Shown one piece after another: positions 46,018-54,810 of a stretch of DNA of 64,000 nucleotides; position 1 is the first letter of the stretch, and each line of letters starts with the position of its first letter. The notes under the pieces were generated by a model, which worked only from the letters and a program-made list of their open reading frames with translations, made no database searches and was not told where the DNA came from. Position numbers and translations under genes: made by a program. Source of the DNA: a virus; the IMG/VR virus record IMGVR_UViG_3300017605_000140, positions 46,390 to 110,389 of that record; one strand, 5' to 3'.

Positions 46018-46317
46018 TTACGGCGCTGTTCCCGTAGCCTTAACGATAAAGTCGTTATTATCGTTAATTGTAAAATCAGTAGGAAGCGCAAATGGAGATG
46101 AATTGGTAAGCTGTACAAGGTACTGTCCGTCAGTAGCCCCAGCACCAGGAGTGTTGGCAGCTAAATTAAGAATAGAGCGTACTGTTGTTGGAAAAGTCGC
46201 CCCACTAGTTGTAGGTACTGGGAATACATAAGCATGCCCATCCTGCATAACTGCGGCACGTACTTGATCACCAACAGCTAAAGCGTCAGCCTTAACAATT
46301 GTATATGTGAATGCCAT
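46018..46317 (-). CDS. Hypothetical protein
   Basis: 99 aa ORF with GAAAGG RBS. Confidence 0.65.
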   Translation of the reverse strand: MAFTYTIVKADALAVGDQVRAAVMQDGHAYVFPVPTTSGATFPTTVRSILNLAANTPGAGATDGQYLVQLTNSSPFALPTDFTINDNNDFIVKATGTAP

Positions 46318-46560
46318 ATTTGAACCTTTCTAGAAAGAATTACTTTATGCTATAGCAATTCCTAATTGTACCCTAGAAAGATTATTTAGTGGACTGGTGG
46401 TCTCATCCCTCTGCCTGCTTCCGTAATCGTCCAAATACGGAGTATCTTCCACCACGGAGGCCCTACCCGTAACCGCGCCTCTTCTTGCTTGCCAAGCCGT
46501 CGAATAGGTGGCGACTTGAAGCACTCCTACCCAGGATTGGGTATCCTATTACGTGCTACG

Positions 46561-46632
46561 TACCCCCACGGAGAGTTGAACTCCGTCTTCAAGATTGAAA
46601 GTCTTGTGTACTAACCGATATACTATGGGGGC
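46561..46632 (-). tRNA. tRNA-Glu(TTC)
   Basis: caaga-ctTTCaa-tcttg. Confidence 0.9.
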
Positions 46633-46808
46633 AAAAACTACTGATACTTATATATGAAAAACGCGTCTATTCATATAGATCTGTATCAGTAGTATATGAG
46701 AAAGACTCACGCATCCTCTCTCATTGGATCAGCATCAAATAGGAGGGGGATTTTCGTCTTCACCCTAGCCCTTTATCTCAGGCCACGAAATCCTATAAGG
46801 CGTGTTGC

Positions 46809-46882
46809 TGGTGCCGCTACAGGGACTTGAACCCTGTCTATAAGCGTGAGAAGCTTACGTACTACCTATATACGATAGCGGC
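46809..46882 (-). tRNA. tRNA-Glu(CTC), CCA encoded
   Basis: taagc-ttCTCac-gctta. Confidence 0.85.
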
Positions 46883-47021
46883 ATAAGAGTGTAGATTTCC
46901 CGCACGGCCATCTACACTATATCCGGTGCTCGCGGACCGGTTTCTACCTTGGCTCTACATAACCCGGCCAAGTGGGTGATTATATTCCCCGTGCAGGTTT
47001 ATAATCTTTAAGTTTTTAAAG

Positions 47022-47094
47022 CGCCCCTGACCGGATTTGAACCGGCGACCTACGGCGTGACAAGCCGTTGCTCTCACCACTGAGCTACAGGAGC
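47022..47094 (-). tRNA. tRNA-Asp(GTC)
   Basis: acggc-ttGTCac-gccgt. Confidence 0.9.
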
Positions 47095-47125
47095 ATTGCC
47101 CTTGCGGGCTATTAGTGTTACTGTA

Positions 47126-47428
47126 TCACAGAACTTCTGGCCAGACAAGCTCTGGGGTAATCTCTGTTGCCCGACCATTCTTTACTACAACTCTGGAAAT
47201 ATCTAGCGAAGATTCACCAATACGTTCTATGACTAAGTAACTACTGGGGTACAGTGTAGCAAGTGTTTTTAGGTCTGTCAACCAATCGTACCATTTAACC
47301 GCACCCATAGTAACACCATTATAACTATCCACATACCAGCCTTCGTAGACTCCGGAATTATCATTTAAAACATCGACAATTCCAGTAATATCAGTGTCTA
47401 TCACTGTAAAAGTTGAATAATAACCCAT
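47126..47428 (-). CDS. Hypothetical phage protein
   Basis: AGGAGG RBS; 'MGYY', 'KWYDW..DL..L...YP...GE'. Confidence 0.7.
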   Translation of the reverse strand: MGYYSTFTVIDTDITGIVDVLNDNSGVYEGWYVDSYNGVTMGAVKWYDWLTDLKTLATLYPSSYLVIERIGESSLDISRVVVKNGRATEITPELVWPEVL

Positions 47429-47455
47429 ATTTCTATCCTCCTATAGATATTAAAG

Positions 47456-47528
47456 CTCCGGGAGCAGGAATCGGACCTGCGGAATTCTGATCCAAAGTCA
47501 GAGTGGCCTACCAGCAGACCATCCCGGA
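47456..47528 (-). tRNA. tRNA-Gln(TTG)
   Basis: tctga-ctTTGga-tcaga. Confidence 0.85.
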
Positions 47529-47642
47529 AAGTGGGTATGCGCGTTTGGATTCGGATTGCAGCCCTACCAAATCTTCAGGCATACCCTATCACACAGCTTT
47601 ACTAGTATCCGTGCGCTTACTCTTTGCCCTACTTACGCCCTG

Positions 47643-47713
47643 CTCCCGATCAAGGTTACGATCCTCGGTCATCCGCTCCAGAGGCGGAGGTAATTCCATT
47701 ATACGAATCGGGA
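47643..47713 (-). tRNA. tRNA-Gln(CTG), atypical T-loop
   Basis: tccgc-ctCTGga-gcgga; T-loop ATCGTAA. Confidence 0.75.
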
Positions 47714-47844
47714 ATAAGCACAGTCCCGCCATTCTGGTCCTGTCCTAGATTTTGTCAGTCTAGGAGTTGCGGGTTCTGAGGTGACTAATCTCAGCGATTT
47801 CTTCTGCTGTGCACAGACAGGAGATATCCTTGGATATCTCCTTG

Positions 47845-47915
47845 AGCGATATGGGAGATTCGAACTCCCTCGAACAACTTGGAAGGATGTCATGCAGCCT
47901 ATACATCAATATCGC
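47845..47915 (-). tRNA. tRNA-Gly(TCC)
   Basis: acatc-ctTCCaa-gttgt; U discriminator. Confidence 0.85.
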
Positions 47916-48019
47916 ATTGGTGGAAAGTCGCGTAGCTGTCTTCAAACCCCTGACATTGCTACCACTTACCTCTCGCGGGGAACGAGCAAAGGTTCCTCAA
48001 TAAAGGCCGGAACATGTGC

Positions 48020-48403
48020 CTAATCTGGTAGTGGACGACCGCAGCCGCCACAAATATTATATGGATTTTTAGGGATGTTAGCCCAGGTATACGGATATCC
48101 CTTTAACGTAACTTTTGAAGGTTCACCATACCCTACATTGGTGTCTATGTCAACTATACGATTTTCACCATCTAATGGGTAGAGAGACAACGCATAACCC
48201 TTATCATTACCCGGATCTTCATCGAAGATATCCTCAAAGATAACATGCGCTAAATACTCAGCATCATTGTAATTACGCTTCGCTCTTTCGGTATCCATAG
48301 ACCTCTTTACTACGGATGGTAATTCTGTTCCATCCCAGTGACTGTATAGATAAATACCTGGATTGTCACCATGATGAATATAAACGTTCGCTCTGTCTCC
48401 CAT
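48020..48403 (-). CDS. Hypothetical phage protein
   Basis: AAGGAGG RBS; 'MGDRAN....YLYSHWDG'. Confidence 0.7.
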   Translation of the reverse strand: MGDRANVYIHHGDNPGIYLYSHWDGTELPSVVKRSMDTERAKRNYNDAEYLAHVIFEDIFDEDPGNDKGYALSLYPLDGENRIVDIDTNVGYGEPSKVTLKGYPYTWANIPKNPYNICGGCGRPLPD

Positions 48404-48459
48404 AGTGCCTCCTTGTTGTTGAGGACTAAATAGTACCACGAAAGTTAAGGCTTGTAAAG

Positions 48460-48535
48460 TGGGGGCGCAGGTGGGAGTCAAACCCACTACTTTCCAGCTT
48501 ATGAGGCTGACGAGACATCGTTTCTCCATCCGCGC
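48460..48535 (-). tRNA. tRNA-Met(CAT), possibly initiator-like
   Basis: tcagc-ctCATaa-gctgg; 1:72 mismatch; CCA encoded. Confidence 0.7.
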
Positions 48536-48537
48536 AG

Positions 48538-48608
48538 TGGCTGTACAGAGGTTCGAACTCTGCCAAATACCTTATGAGAGTATTCCGGTCACCAGACCAT
48601 CTACAGCC
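48538..48608 (-). tRNA. tRNA-Met/Ile2(CAT)
   Basis: atact-ctCATaa-ggtat; short D-loop. Confidence 0.75.
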
Positions 48609-48618
48609 ATTATAAATG

Positions 48619-48689
48619 TGCCGCCCCACAGACTCGAACTGTGATAATCTGGGCTTCAACCAGAGGCTCTACCTTTGAGCTAAAGCGGC
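48619..48689 (-). tRNA. tRNA-Phe(GAA)
   Basis: tctgg-ttGAAgc-ccaga. Confidence 0.9.
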
Positions 48690-48760
48690 ATAATGAGTTA
48701 TTAAAATGTTGAGCACTAATATCTATTTATATTGTGAGTGTATACATTTGTGCTAACTCA

Positions 48761-48837
48761 TGGTCGGGATGACACGATTCGAACGTGCGACTTTCCGGTC
48801 CCAAACCGGAAGCTCTACCAAGCTGAGCTACATCCCG
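48761..48837 (-). tRNA. tRNA-Pro(TGG), CCA encoded
   Basis: tccgg-ttTGGga-ccgga. Confidence 0.92.
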
Positions 48838-48902
48838 TAGCGGGAATATCCAGTAAGAACCAGATACACCCTGTTGAAGGTAAGTTCATTCTACCAGGTT
48901 AC

Positions 48903-49148
48903 TTACTCACTGTCTACTGTACTTCCCAGTGGTTCTGGAGTATCCGCATTCCTGGATTCTACTGTTAACATGATAACTTCATTACTTATCACAGCCAGAG
49001 TGATGTATTCCGGCTGTGATGTTGAATCCCACACTAGTCTAGTGGGAGGCATGTTGTCAAGATCTTCTTTGGATATTTTAAGATATCCACCAAGAGTTCT
49101 GACTGCTGATGCGAGAAATCTAGCAAGTTCCTGTTCAGTTGTCAACAT
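48903..49148 (-). CDS. Hypothetical protein
   Basis: 81 aa ORF with GAGG RBS. Confidence 0.6.
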   Translation of the reverse strand: MLTTEQELARFLASAVRTLGGYLKISKEDLDNMPPTRLVWDSTSQPEYITLAVISNEVIMLTVESRNADTPEPLGSTVDSE

Positions 49149-49335
49149 AGGACAACCTCTTCACAGTTTCCTGGAGATGTACTACTGCTTCCTCTAAATC
49201 AGTAATATACACCTTTGCTCCTTCTAAAGCTTCCAGAGTAAGTTCATGAACAAAAAGTTTGTCTTCTTCTGTTTCTACTTGTCTGTGCTTTATAAAAGAA
49301 GAATATATAGAATCATATAATTCATCTGTATTCAT
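49135..49335 (-). CDS. Hypothetical protein
   Basis: 66 aa ORF in operon. Confidence 0.55.
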   Translation of the reverse strand: MNTDELYDSIYSSFIKHRQVETEEDKLFVHELTLEALEGAKVYITDLEEAVVHLQETVKRLSYVDN

Positions 49336-49339
49336 ATAA

Positions 49340-49507
49340 TTACTCTGCTACATCTATAATCTTTGAATTTTCCACTACTGCTTCTAATACTCTTCTAATA
49401 TAAACAGTAATACCAAGATCCAAGTTATCTGCTAACTTTTTAAGTTCTTCCAAAGTATCTTTTTCCAAACGGATACTTCTGGATAACTTAGGTGACTTCT
49501 TTTCCAT
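49340..49507 (-). CDS. Ribbon-helix-helix (CopG-like) DNA-binding protein
   Basis: Hand-translated MEKKSPKLSRSIRLEKDTLEELKKLADNLDLGITVYIRRVLE...; strand-helix-helix pattern. Confidence 0.65.
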   Translation of the reverse strand: MEKKSPKLSRSIRLEKDTLEELKKLADNLDLGITVYIRRVLEAVVENSKIIDVAE

Positions 49508-49571
49508 CTATTTCCCCTTATAAAAAGAATATACATATCTATATTCTTACAAATTGTTTTCTATAAAAAAC

Positions 49572-49600
49572 AGTGTAACAGATATGTACCACTCTGTCAA
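49572..49600 (-). promoter_or_regulatory. Promoter heading the leftward tRNA/ncRNA cluster
   Basis: Minus strand TTGACA-17 bp-TACACT. Confidence 0.65.
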
Positions 49601-49937
49601 ACACAAGTGGTTTGTATATGCTTTTTCGTGGTAGTGCTTCGTCATACACTATGGTACCAAATTTTATTCCTCTGGTCAACAAGATCTACTGGTTGTCAGG
49701 GGGTACATTTTCTGGTAGAGTAGACCCTAGGGTGGAACCAGTGGGGGTACTACTAACAGAAAACTTTAACATGAACTATAGAAGTGTAAACGATATCAAA
49801 GACAGAGGTCCATGTCTTGTTCCCGGTCATCCGAAGGAACATGATTTGGAACTGGAGTGCTGGACAACTATGAGAAGATTCCTCTTCACAAAGACTTTCC
49901 AACAGTACCTGGAGGCTGTACGAAACAAAGGATAATC

Positions 49938-50345
49938 ATGGGAAACAAAAATCAGAGTTCTTACTATTCCAAACCATTAGTACGGATACACTCGGATTTC
50001 GATGGTATATGTGCTCTGTGCGGTAAGTATGTGGAACTCAGTGACGCTTCCCGTGATCATATAGTACCACGAGCTTCTGGTGGTGGAAACGAAAGATCCA
50101 ATATTCAGTTAACCCATAAAAGCTGTAATAATCTGAAAAGTGATTCTTTGTACCCTCTGGACTGGAAAAAACGATTAGATATCGGTATTAACATGCCAGA
50201 GGGATACAGATGTATGTACTGTAATTTATTGATTACCCAAGAGCACAAAGACTATCAGTATGTGGATATGATCATACACAAACGAAATGTAGTAGCTTTA
50301 CATTCCTGGTGCAATGAGGAGAGAGTTAAATATGGAAGCTTCTGA
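49938..50345 (+). CDS. HNH endonuclease
   Basis: 'C.LCG....DHIVP...GG.N...N....H..CN..K'. Confidence 0.85.
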   Translation: MGNKNQSSYYSKPLVRIHSDFDGICALCGKYVELSDASRDHIVPRASGGGNERSNIQLTHKSCNNLKSDSLYPLDWKKRLDIGINMPEGYRCMYCNLLITQEHKDYQYVDMIIHKRNVVALHSWCNEERVKYGSF

Positions 50346-50890
50346 GCATGTATGGATGCAGATATCCGAAGGACCCGATATGACAATCGGAGATGTCTGT
50401 ATGGGTTGTAGTGACCCCGCTATCGGTAAATGGGTTCCCGTTTCGTTTTGTGATATCTCTAAAGCGAATATGGAGAGTTATTATACTTATGAGTCAGTCT
50501 AGAATGCTGGGAAAGCAGCAGCCTTCCTGGTGTCCGATATGTAGAGGTATACCAGGTCCTGACTGTCCCGATTATGGCAGGAATACCAGATCTCGTAAAG
50601 TATATGAAAAAAGGATGTCATATAGGGAGATAGCAGAAATAATTGGTGAAGACCTTGAGAACAGCAGCAGAGATTAATAATATGTCCGTAGCAGAATACA
50701 CAATTTTCAGGGAAAAAGCTATCAGATCCGGAATAATTCTGTATACGGAGCCAGAAACTGACCCCTATACATATAACCGGCAAAGATATATAGAAACCGG
50801 GATACACTCTTATCTGGAAAATATGGTTGACGCTATGGAGATGAGTTGAGTGGTGCAGAAATGCTAGTCAAAGAAAGTAAGGTGATGCCA

Positions 50891-51408
50891 ATGTCTAGGC
50901 CGATTATTCTCCTAGACGTAGATTAGGTGGACCCCTGAACCCGTGGAGTGCCCGTAAAGGGCTTCCAGAGGGGTTTACGACGCATCTGATGCGGCCTAGG
51001 GGCTGGGAGATGGGTAAGCCCTTGAAAGTCCGTCTGAGAGCCACTGACGGACTTCGGCTGATGGAACTGGGGTGTGAGATAATCTGGGCTACAGCATGGG
51101 AAGAAGAAGCTAACGACTGGATTGGTCCACATATAGGTCTCCCAGAATTACCATATATCGACTGGAAAGACCGAGATCCCTGGAATACAGAACGTTTACA
51201 CTGGAAAACTAAAAGAATTACCCAGTGGATGAAGGAAAATCGTCCAGGAATTCCTTTTAAGTGGATAGACGATGAAGTTACCAGGAGAGACAGGGACTGG
51301 ATTGAGGAAACTTGCGCCCCTGGTAGTGGAATTCTTCTGGTAAGCCCCAAATATGGATTAGAAGAAGCACATTTCGAAATATTGAAGGAATGGTGTGAAA
51401 ATGCATAA
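50891..51408 (+). pseudogene. HAD-superfamily phosphatase (RNA-repair-associated type) interrupted after the DxD motif
   Basis: MSRPIILLDVD-TAG-GT-then GPLNPW... in another frame; downstream 'WATAW...AN', 'WK', 'F.WIDD', 'V.P..GL' intact. Confidence 0.7.
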
Positions 51409-51626
51409 GGCTTTATTCGATTATCTCGACGGAACTGACATAACGTTGGTTGCTGCGGGTGCCAGAGTACTGGATAAGCAAGCTTTTGCATCTGGTCAGA
51501 TAAGCAAAGAAGCTCTACAGAAGACACTTAACGCATCTGACATAGAGCTTTTCAACCAAAGGAACGAATACAGAGCTAAGGAAGCCAGATGAGCATATAC
51601 TTCGGAAGGTGTGTACAGGTGGTAGT

Positions 51627-51965
51627 ATGAGCTGGGTAAGTAATGCGATAGTTCTTTTCGGATATGAAAAGAACATACGTGAAAAACTAGAAACAGTAAA
51701 TAATAAACTGGAAGAACTAGACCACAGAAAGCAGCAATTCGTAGAATCCACTGATACTCATAACTGGTACGGCGGCTCCAAATTCATGGAAGCTACAGTA
51801 TGGGCAGCAGCATTCAACCATATATATCTGGAATCTGTATACGAGGCTCTTTTATCCGTTGAATGGACATCGCCAGAAGAACTAAAACTTCTGTGGAAAG
51901 ACGAAGAAGACGACGGGTGGAAAGTGATTACCCAGTCAGATATGAGTATCTATGACAGAACATGA
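51627..51965 (+). CDS. Hypothetical phage protein
   Basis: 'W.GG.K..E......AFN....V.W..PE' pattern; start approximate. Confidence 0.6.
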   Translation: MSWVSNAIVLFGYEKNIREKLETVNNKLEELDHRKQQFVESTDTHNWYGGSKFMEATVWAAAFNHIYLESVYEALLSVEWTSPEELKLLWKDEEDDGWKVITQSDMSIYDRT

Positions 51966-52187
51966 GGTAAGACCAATAAAAGAACCGAACAGACCGATAA
52001 GAAAATGCCCTAGCTGCAATATACGCACATCTTTACAGACCTGCCCCAGTATCCGCTGCCATATGCGGAAAACCATAATAGTAAAAGACGAAGGAAGAAT
52101 ATAAAATGGCCATGTCAATATATACATGTTCTAAGTGCGGTTCCCAGAGCAGCAGAGGTACCTGCCCTAACCCGCAGTGCGAGTAAA

Positions 52188-52225
52188 AATACCCCCTCTT
52201 TCCTTAAAAAGATCGAGGGGGTATT
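52188..52225. terminator. Hairpin between convergent units
   Basis: AATACCCCCTC...GAGGGGGTATT. Confidence 0.7.
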
Positions 52226-52420
52226 CTATTTATTCCTCATTGCAGCTTCAGCTCTCTTAGCCTGATAATTACTTTCATTAAAACCGGCTGCCCATAACTG
52301 TGCTACCCGTTTATTCGGCGCCTCACCTATTAACTTCTTCTGTGGTGTATACCATATCTCCTTACCCCTTACAACATAGTCCTTACCATACTGAAACAAC
52401 TGCTGTCTCCTATTTATATC

Positions 52421-52594
52421 CTAACGTCTGTCTATAGCTATAATCCACCACTGCCCTTTGTACTTCTCCACAGTAAGAGTAAGACCACTCCCTATAAATC
52501 CAAAGGATTTCATACCCTTACTGTACTGTTCCAGCGCATTTATAGCGGCTTCTTTAGTTGGATAGCTCTGCATATACTGTTTCTTCTTAGCCAT
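52421..52594 (-). CDS. 57-aa leaderless hypothetical protein
   Basis: MAKKKQYMQSYPTKEAA...; ATG lies 6 nt after the -10 of TTGACA-17-TACTAT (52629-52601). Confidence 0.6.
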   Translation of the reverse strand: MAKKKQYMQSYPTKEAAINALEQYSKGMKSFGFIGSGLTLTVEKYKGQWWIIAIDRR

Positions 52595-53723
52595 AAGACT
52601 ATAGTAGAGGATCTTTTATTGCCTGTCAATACTTATTATACTAATATTTATTACGCTGAGTTACTAAAGTCTATACTTTTACTAGGGAAAAAATGGCTAT
52701 AAACCCTATTTTCGTTACTCTGTGTAGATACTGGCCCAATTTATAGGATACTGTTTTAGAAGAATAAGCATTATCATATTCAGAAAACTAGGCCCACTAT
52801 ATCCCTATATGTCCTTTTTAAAGGTGGGGGGTCCCTATATATGCCTCTATGTCCGATTTCAACCTCTATGTCCCTGTGTGTCCCAGTATAGGCAGATATA
52901 CCTGATATGACATACTATTACCCGCTATTACCCTTATTTCCCCTATGACCTATTGGAGATATATAAGATATTTGCGAAGTATGCACTATATATGGTAGTA
53001 AAGCATAGAAAAGGGCACAATATGTGGATACGAGGGCATATAAGGGGCTATATGAGAGAATGTGGTGCCTAGTTGGGGTATATTATGCCTTTCTCTATAG
53101 TTACCTATGTGTACAGATATAGCCTATTTAGTCAGGGTATATATTCATAGAAGATAGAGTTAGTGGTGTTGTCATAATAATCAATGAATAGTTAGAGTAT
53201 ATATTGGCTTTTCCTATAGTTACCTGTGTTATCCAGATAAGCGATAACTAGTCAGGGTATATATCTGAATGTACACTGATGAGTATTATAGTATGCCATA
53301 GTATATTTACCTTGTATTTATATACTTCGCGCGAAATTTCCCGAAATCTGCCTATACTACGCTGCGCAATGGCATAACGGACATAAGGGGTAGAGCAGTA
53401 TACATACGTTGGTAGTATATGGTTTGCGGGTCTAAGGTATATGTGACTGTGCATAGGGAAGACCATTGCAGGTCAGAAAGTATACCTGTAGTGGTCTACT
53501 CCAATTGGTCTAGTGGTCTAGACATCGACGGAGAGTGAAAATCGCGTGTAAGAGGCTGGGAGAGTAGGGGTGGAGTGGTTGGACACTGGAGAGTCTGGGA
53601 GGCTCTCAGGGAGGCTTGTACGGCTTTCTTGGGTATACGTGTGAGTAGTGTTGACATCCGAAGAGATTTATGGTCCGCCGCGATTTCCCGGAAATTTTAC
53701 CTGGTCTTGGGGTGCTGGGAGTC

Positions 53724-53752
53724 TTGACACGATGCTGGAGTCTTGAGACAGT
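53724..53752 (+). promoter_or_regulatory. Putative early promoter
   Basis: TTGACA-17 bp-GACAGT; similar sites at 56375 (GACGTT) and 60507 (GAGACT). Confidence 0.45.
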
Positions 53753-53929
53753 CGTGGCAGCAGGAAGAACGGCGCGGGAGAGGGTGGCGAGAGCGGCCCT
53801 TGAACGGAGCTTAAGGACATTGACAACTGAATGGGTCTCTCGCCTCCGCAAGAGTCACCCACGGGCTGTACACAGTCCTTGGATGGCTCAGAGCGCATAC
53901 ACTGTGTGCGCTGGAGTAGAGGAGAAACC

Positions 53930-54097
53930 ATGGAATACACCAAAGAGCAGATCACCGAAGCGCGTGACTGGTTGTCGGACGTAGTGGGAGAGAGAATCAG
54001 TCAGGCTGACTACACGCTGCCCCACTGGATCGACAAGCTGTACCCTGGTGGCTGGCAGGCGTTCGTAGAAGAGTGCTGCACCTTCATACAGCTCTGA
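53930..54097 (+). CDS. Small early protein
   Basis: AGGAG RBS; 'EAR.W..D...I...Y.GGW.AF'. Confidence 0.7.
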   Translation: MEYTKEQITEARDWLSDVVGERISQADYTLPHWIDKLYPGGWQAFVEECCTFIQL

Positions 54098-54114
54098 TAG
54101 AAAGAGAGATGATC

Positions 54115-54279
54115 ATGACGTACAAGATCACTTACCTGGTTGAGGTACTGCGGGCATGCGGAGACCATGACACGGTTCGTGTGGGTGCGTGGAGTGAGGC
54201 CGACGCCAAAGACGTGGCAGAAAGGAACGTACCCGGCTCTAGGGCCATCGCAGTGACAAAGCCTGCCTACAACTACTGA
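54115..54279 (+). CDS. Small early protein
   Basis: MTYKITYLVEV...V.A.SE.DA. Confidence 0.55.
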   Translation: MTYKITYLVEVLRACGDHDTVRVGAWSEADAKDVAERNVPGSRAIAVTKPAYNY

Positions 54280-54345
54280 CAAGAGCCGAAACGCCCTCAA
54301 GGGCGTCATGGGGGTAGTTCCCCCGTCTGATGATGGCTCATCAGT
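54271..54345 (+). ncRNA. Type II hammerhead ribozyme
   Basis: gagcc-GAAA-cgccc tcaa gggcg-TC-atgggg gtagtt ccccgt-CTGATGA-t-ggctc; loop gtagtt complementary to upstream aactac. Confidence 0.88.
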
Positions 54346-54361
54346 GAACAAGGGAGAAACC

Positions 54362-54715
54362 ATGAACATGCACGACGCTGAGTGGACGGTTACGCCGATG
54401 GGCGCGGGAACCATGTACATGACGGAAGGCGAGGTATTCAGCGCGACTGTCTTCTACAACGGTCCCGACGACTTCGCGGAGATCATCTGGAACAACGACA
54501 ACTCGTACGCGGAGACCATACACAGCACGTCCGTATCTCCGTGGTTCAAGGGCTCCGGTGTGTGGCAGGTACTCATGACCGCACTGGAGAACCTTCACTA
54601 CGCGGAAGAGGAAGAGAGTGACGAGTACGGGGACATGTTCGATGACCCGGCGGATGAGCCCGAGTACGCCGACGACTACATGAGGGCGGACAGTGATCTT
54701 ATGTACGAATGGTGA
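54362..54715 (+). CDS. Acidic early protein
   Basis: AAGGGAG RBS; D/E-rich C-terminus. Confidence 0.7.
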   Translation: MNMHDAEWTVTPMGAGTMYMTEGEVFSATVFYNGPDDFAEIIWNNDNSYAETIHSTSVSPWFKGSGVWQVLMTALENLHYAEEEESDEYGDMFDDPADEPEYADDYMRADSDLMYEW

Positions 54716-54810
54716 GACCCTTACCGCTTTATTCGTCCCCGATTAGTTTCGGGGGCGGGTATGGGGGTATGGTTACCTCAGTGGGATTCAACAGGAAACG
54801 AGGAGTGATC

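Noticed and set aside
39352-48968. Numerous short ORFs overlapping tRNA genes (e.g. 39352, 40735, 41291, 42333, 45261, 47503, 47699, 48426, 48738)
   Set aside because: They coincide with clear cloverleafs and lack RBS or protein features.
50915-50935. Group I intron in the HAD gene
   Set aside because: The interruption is only 5 nt and has no intron core.
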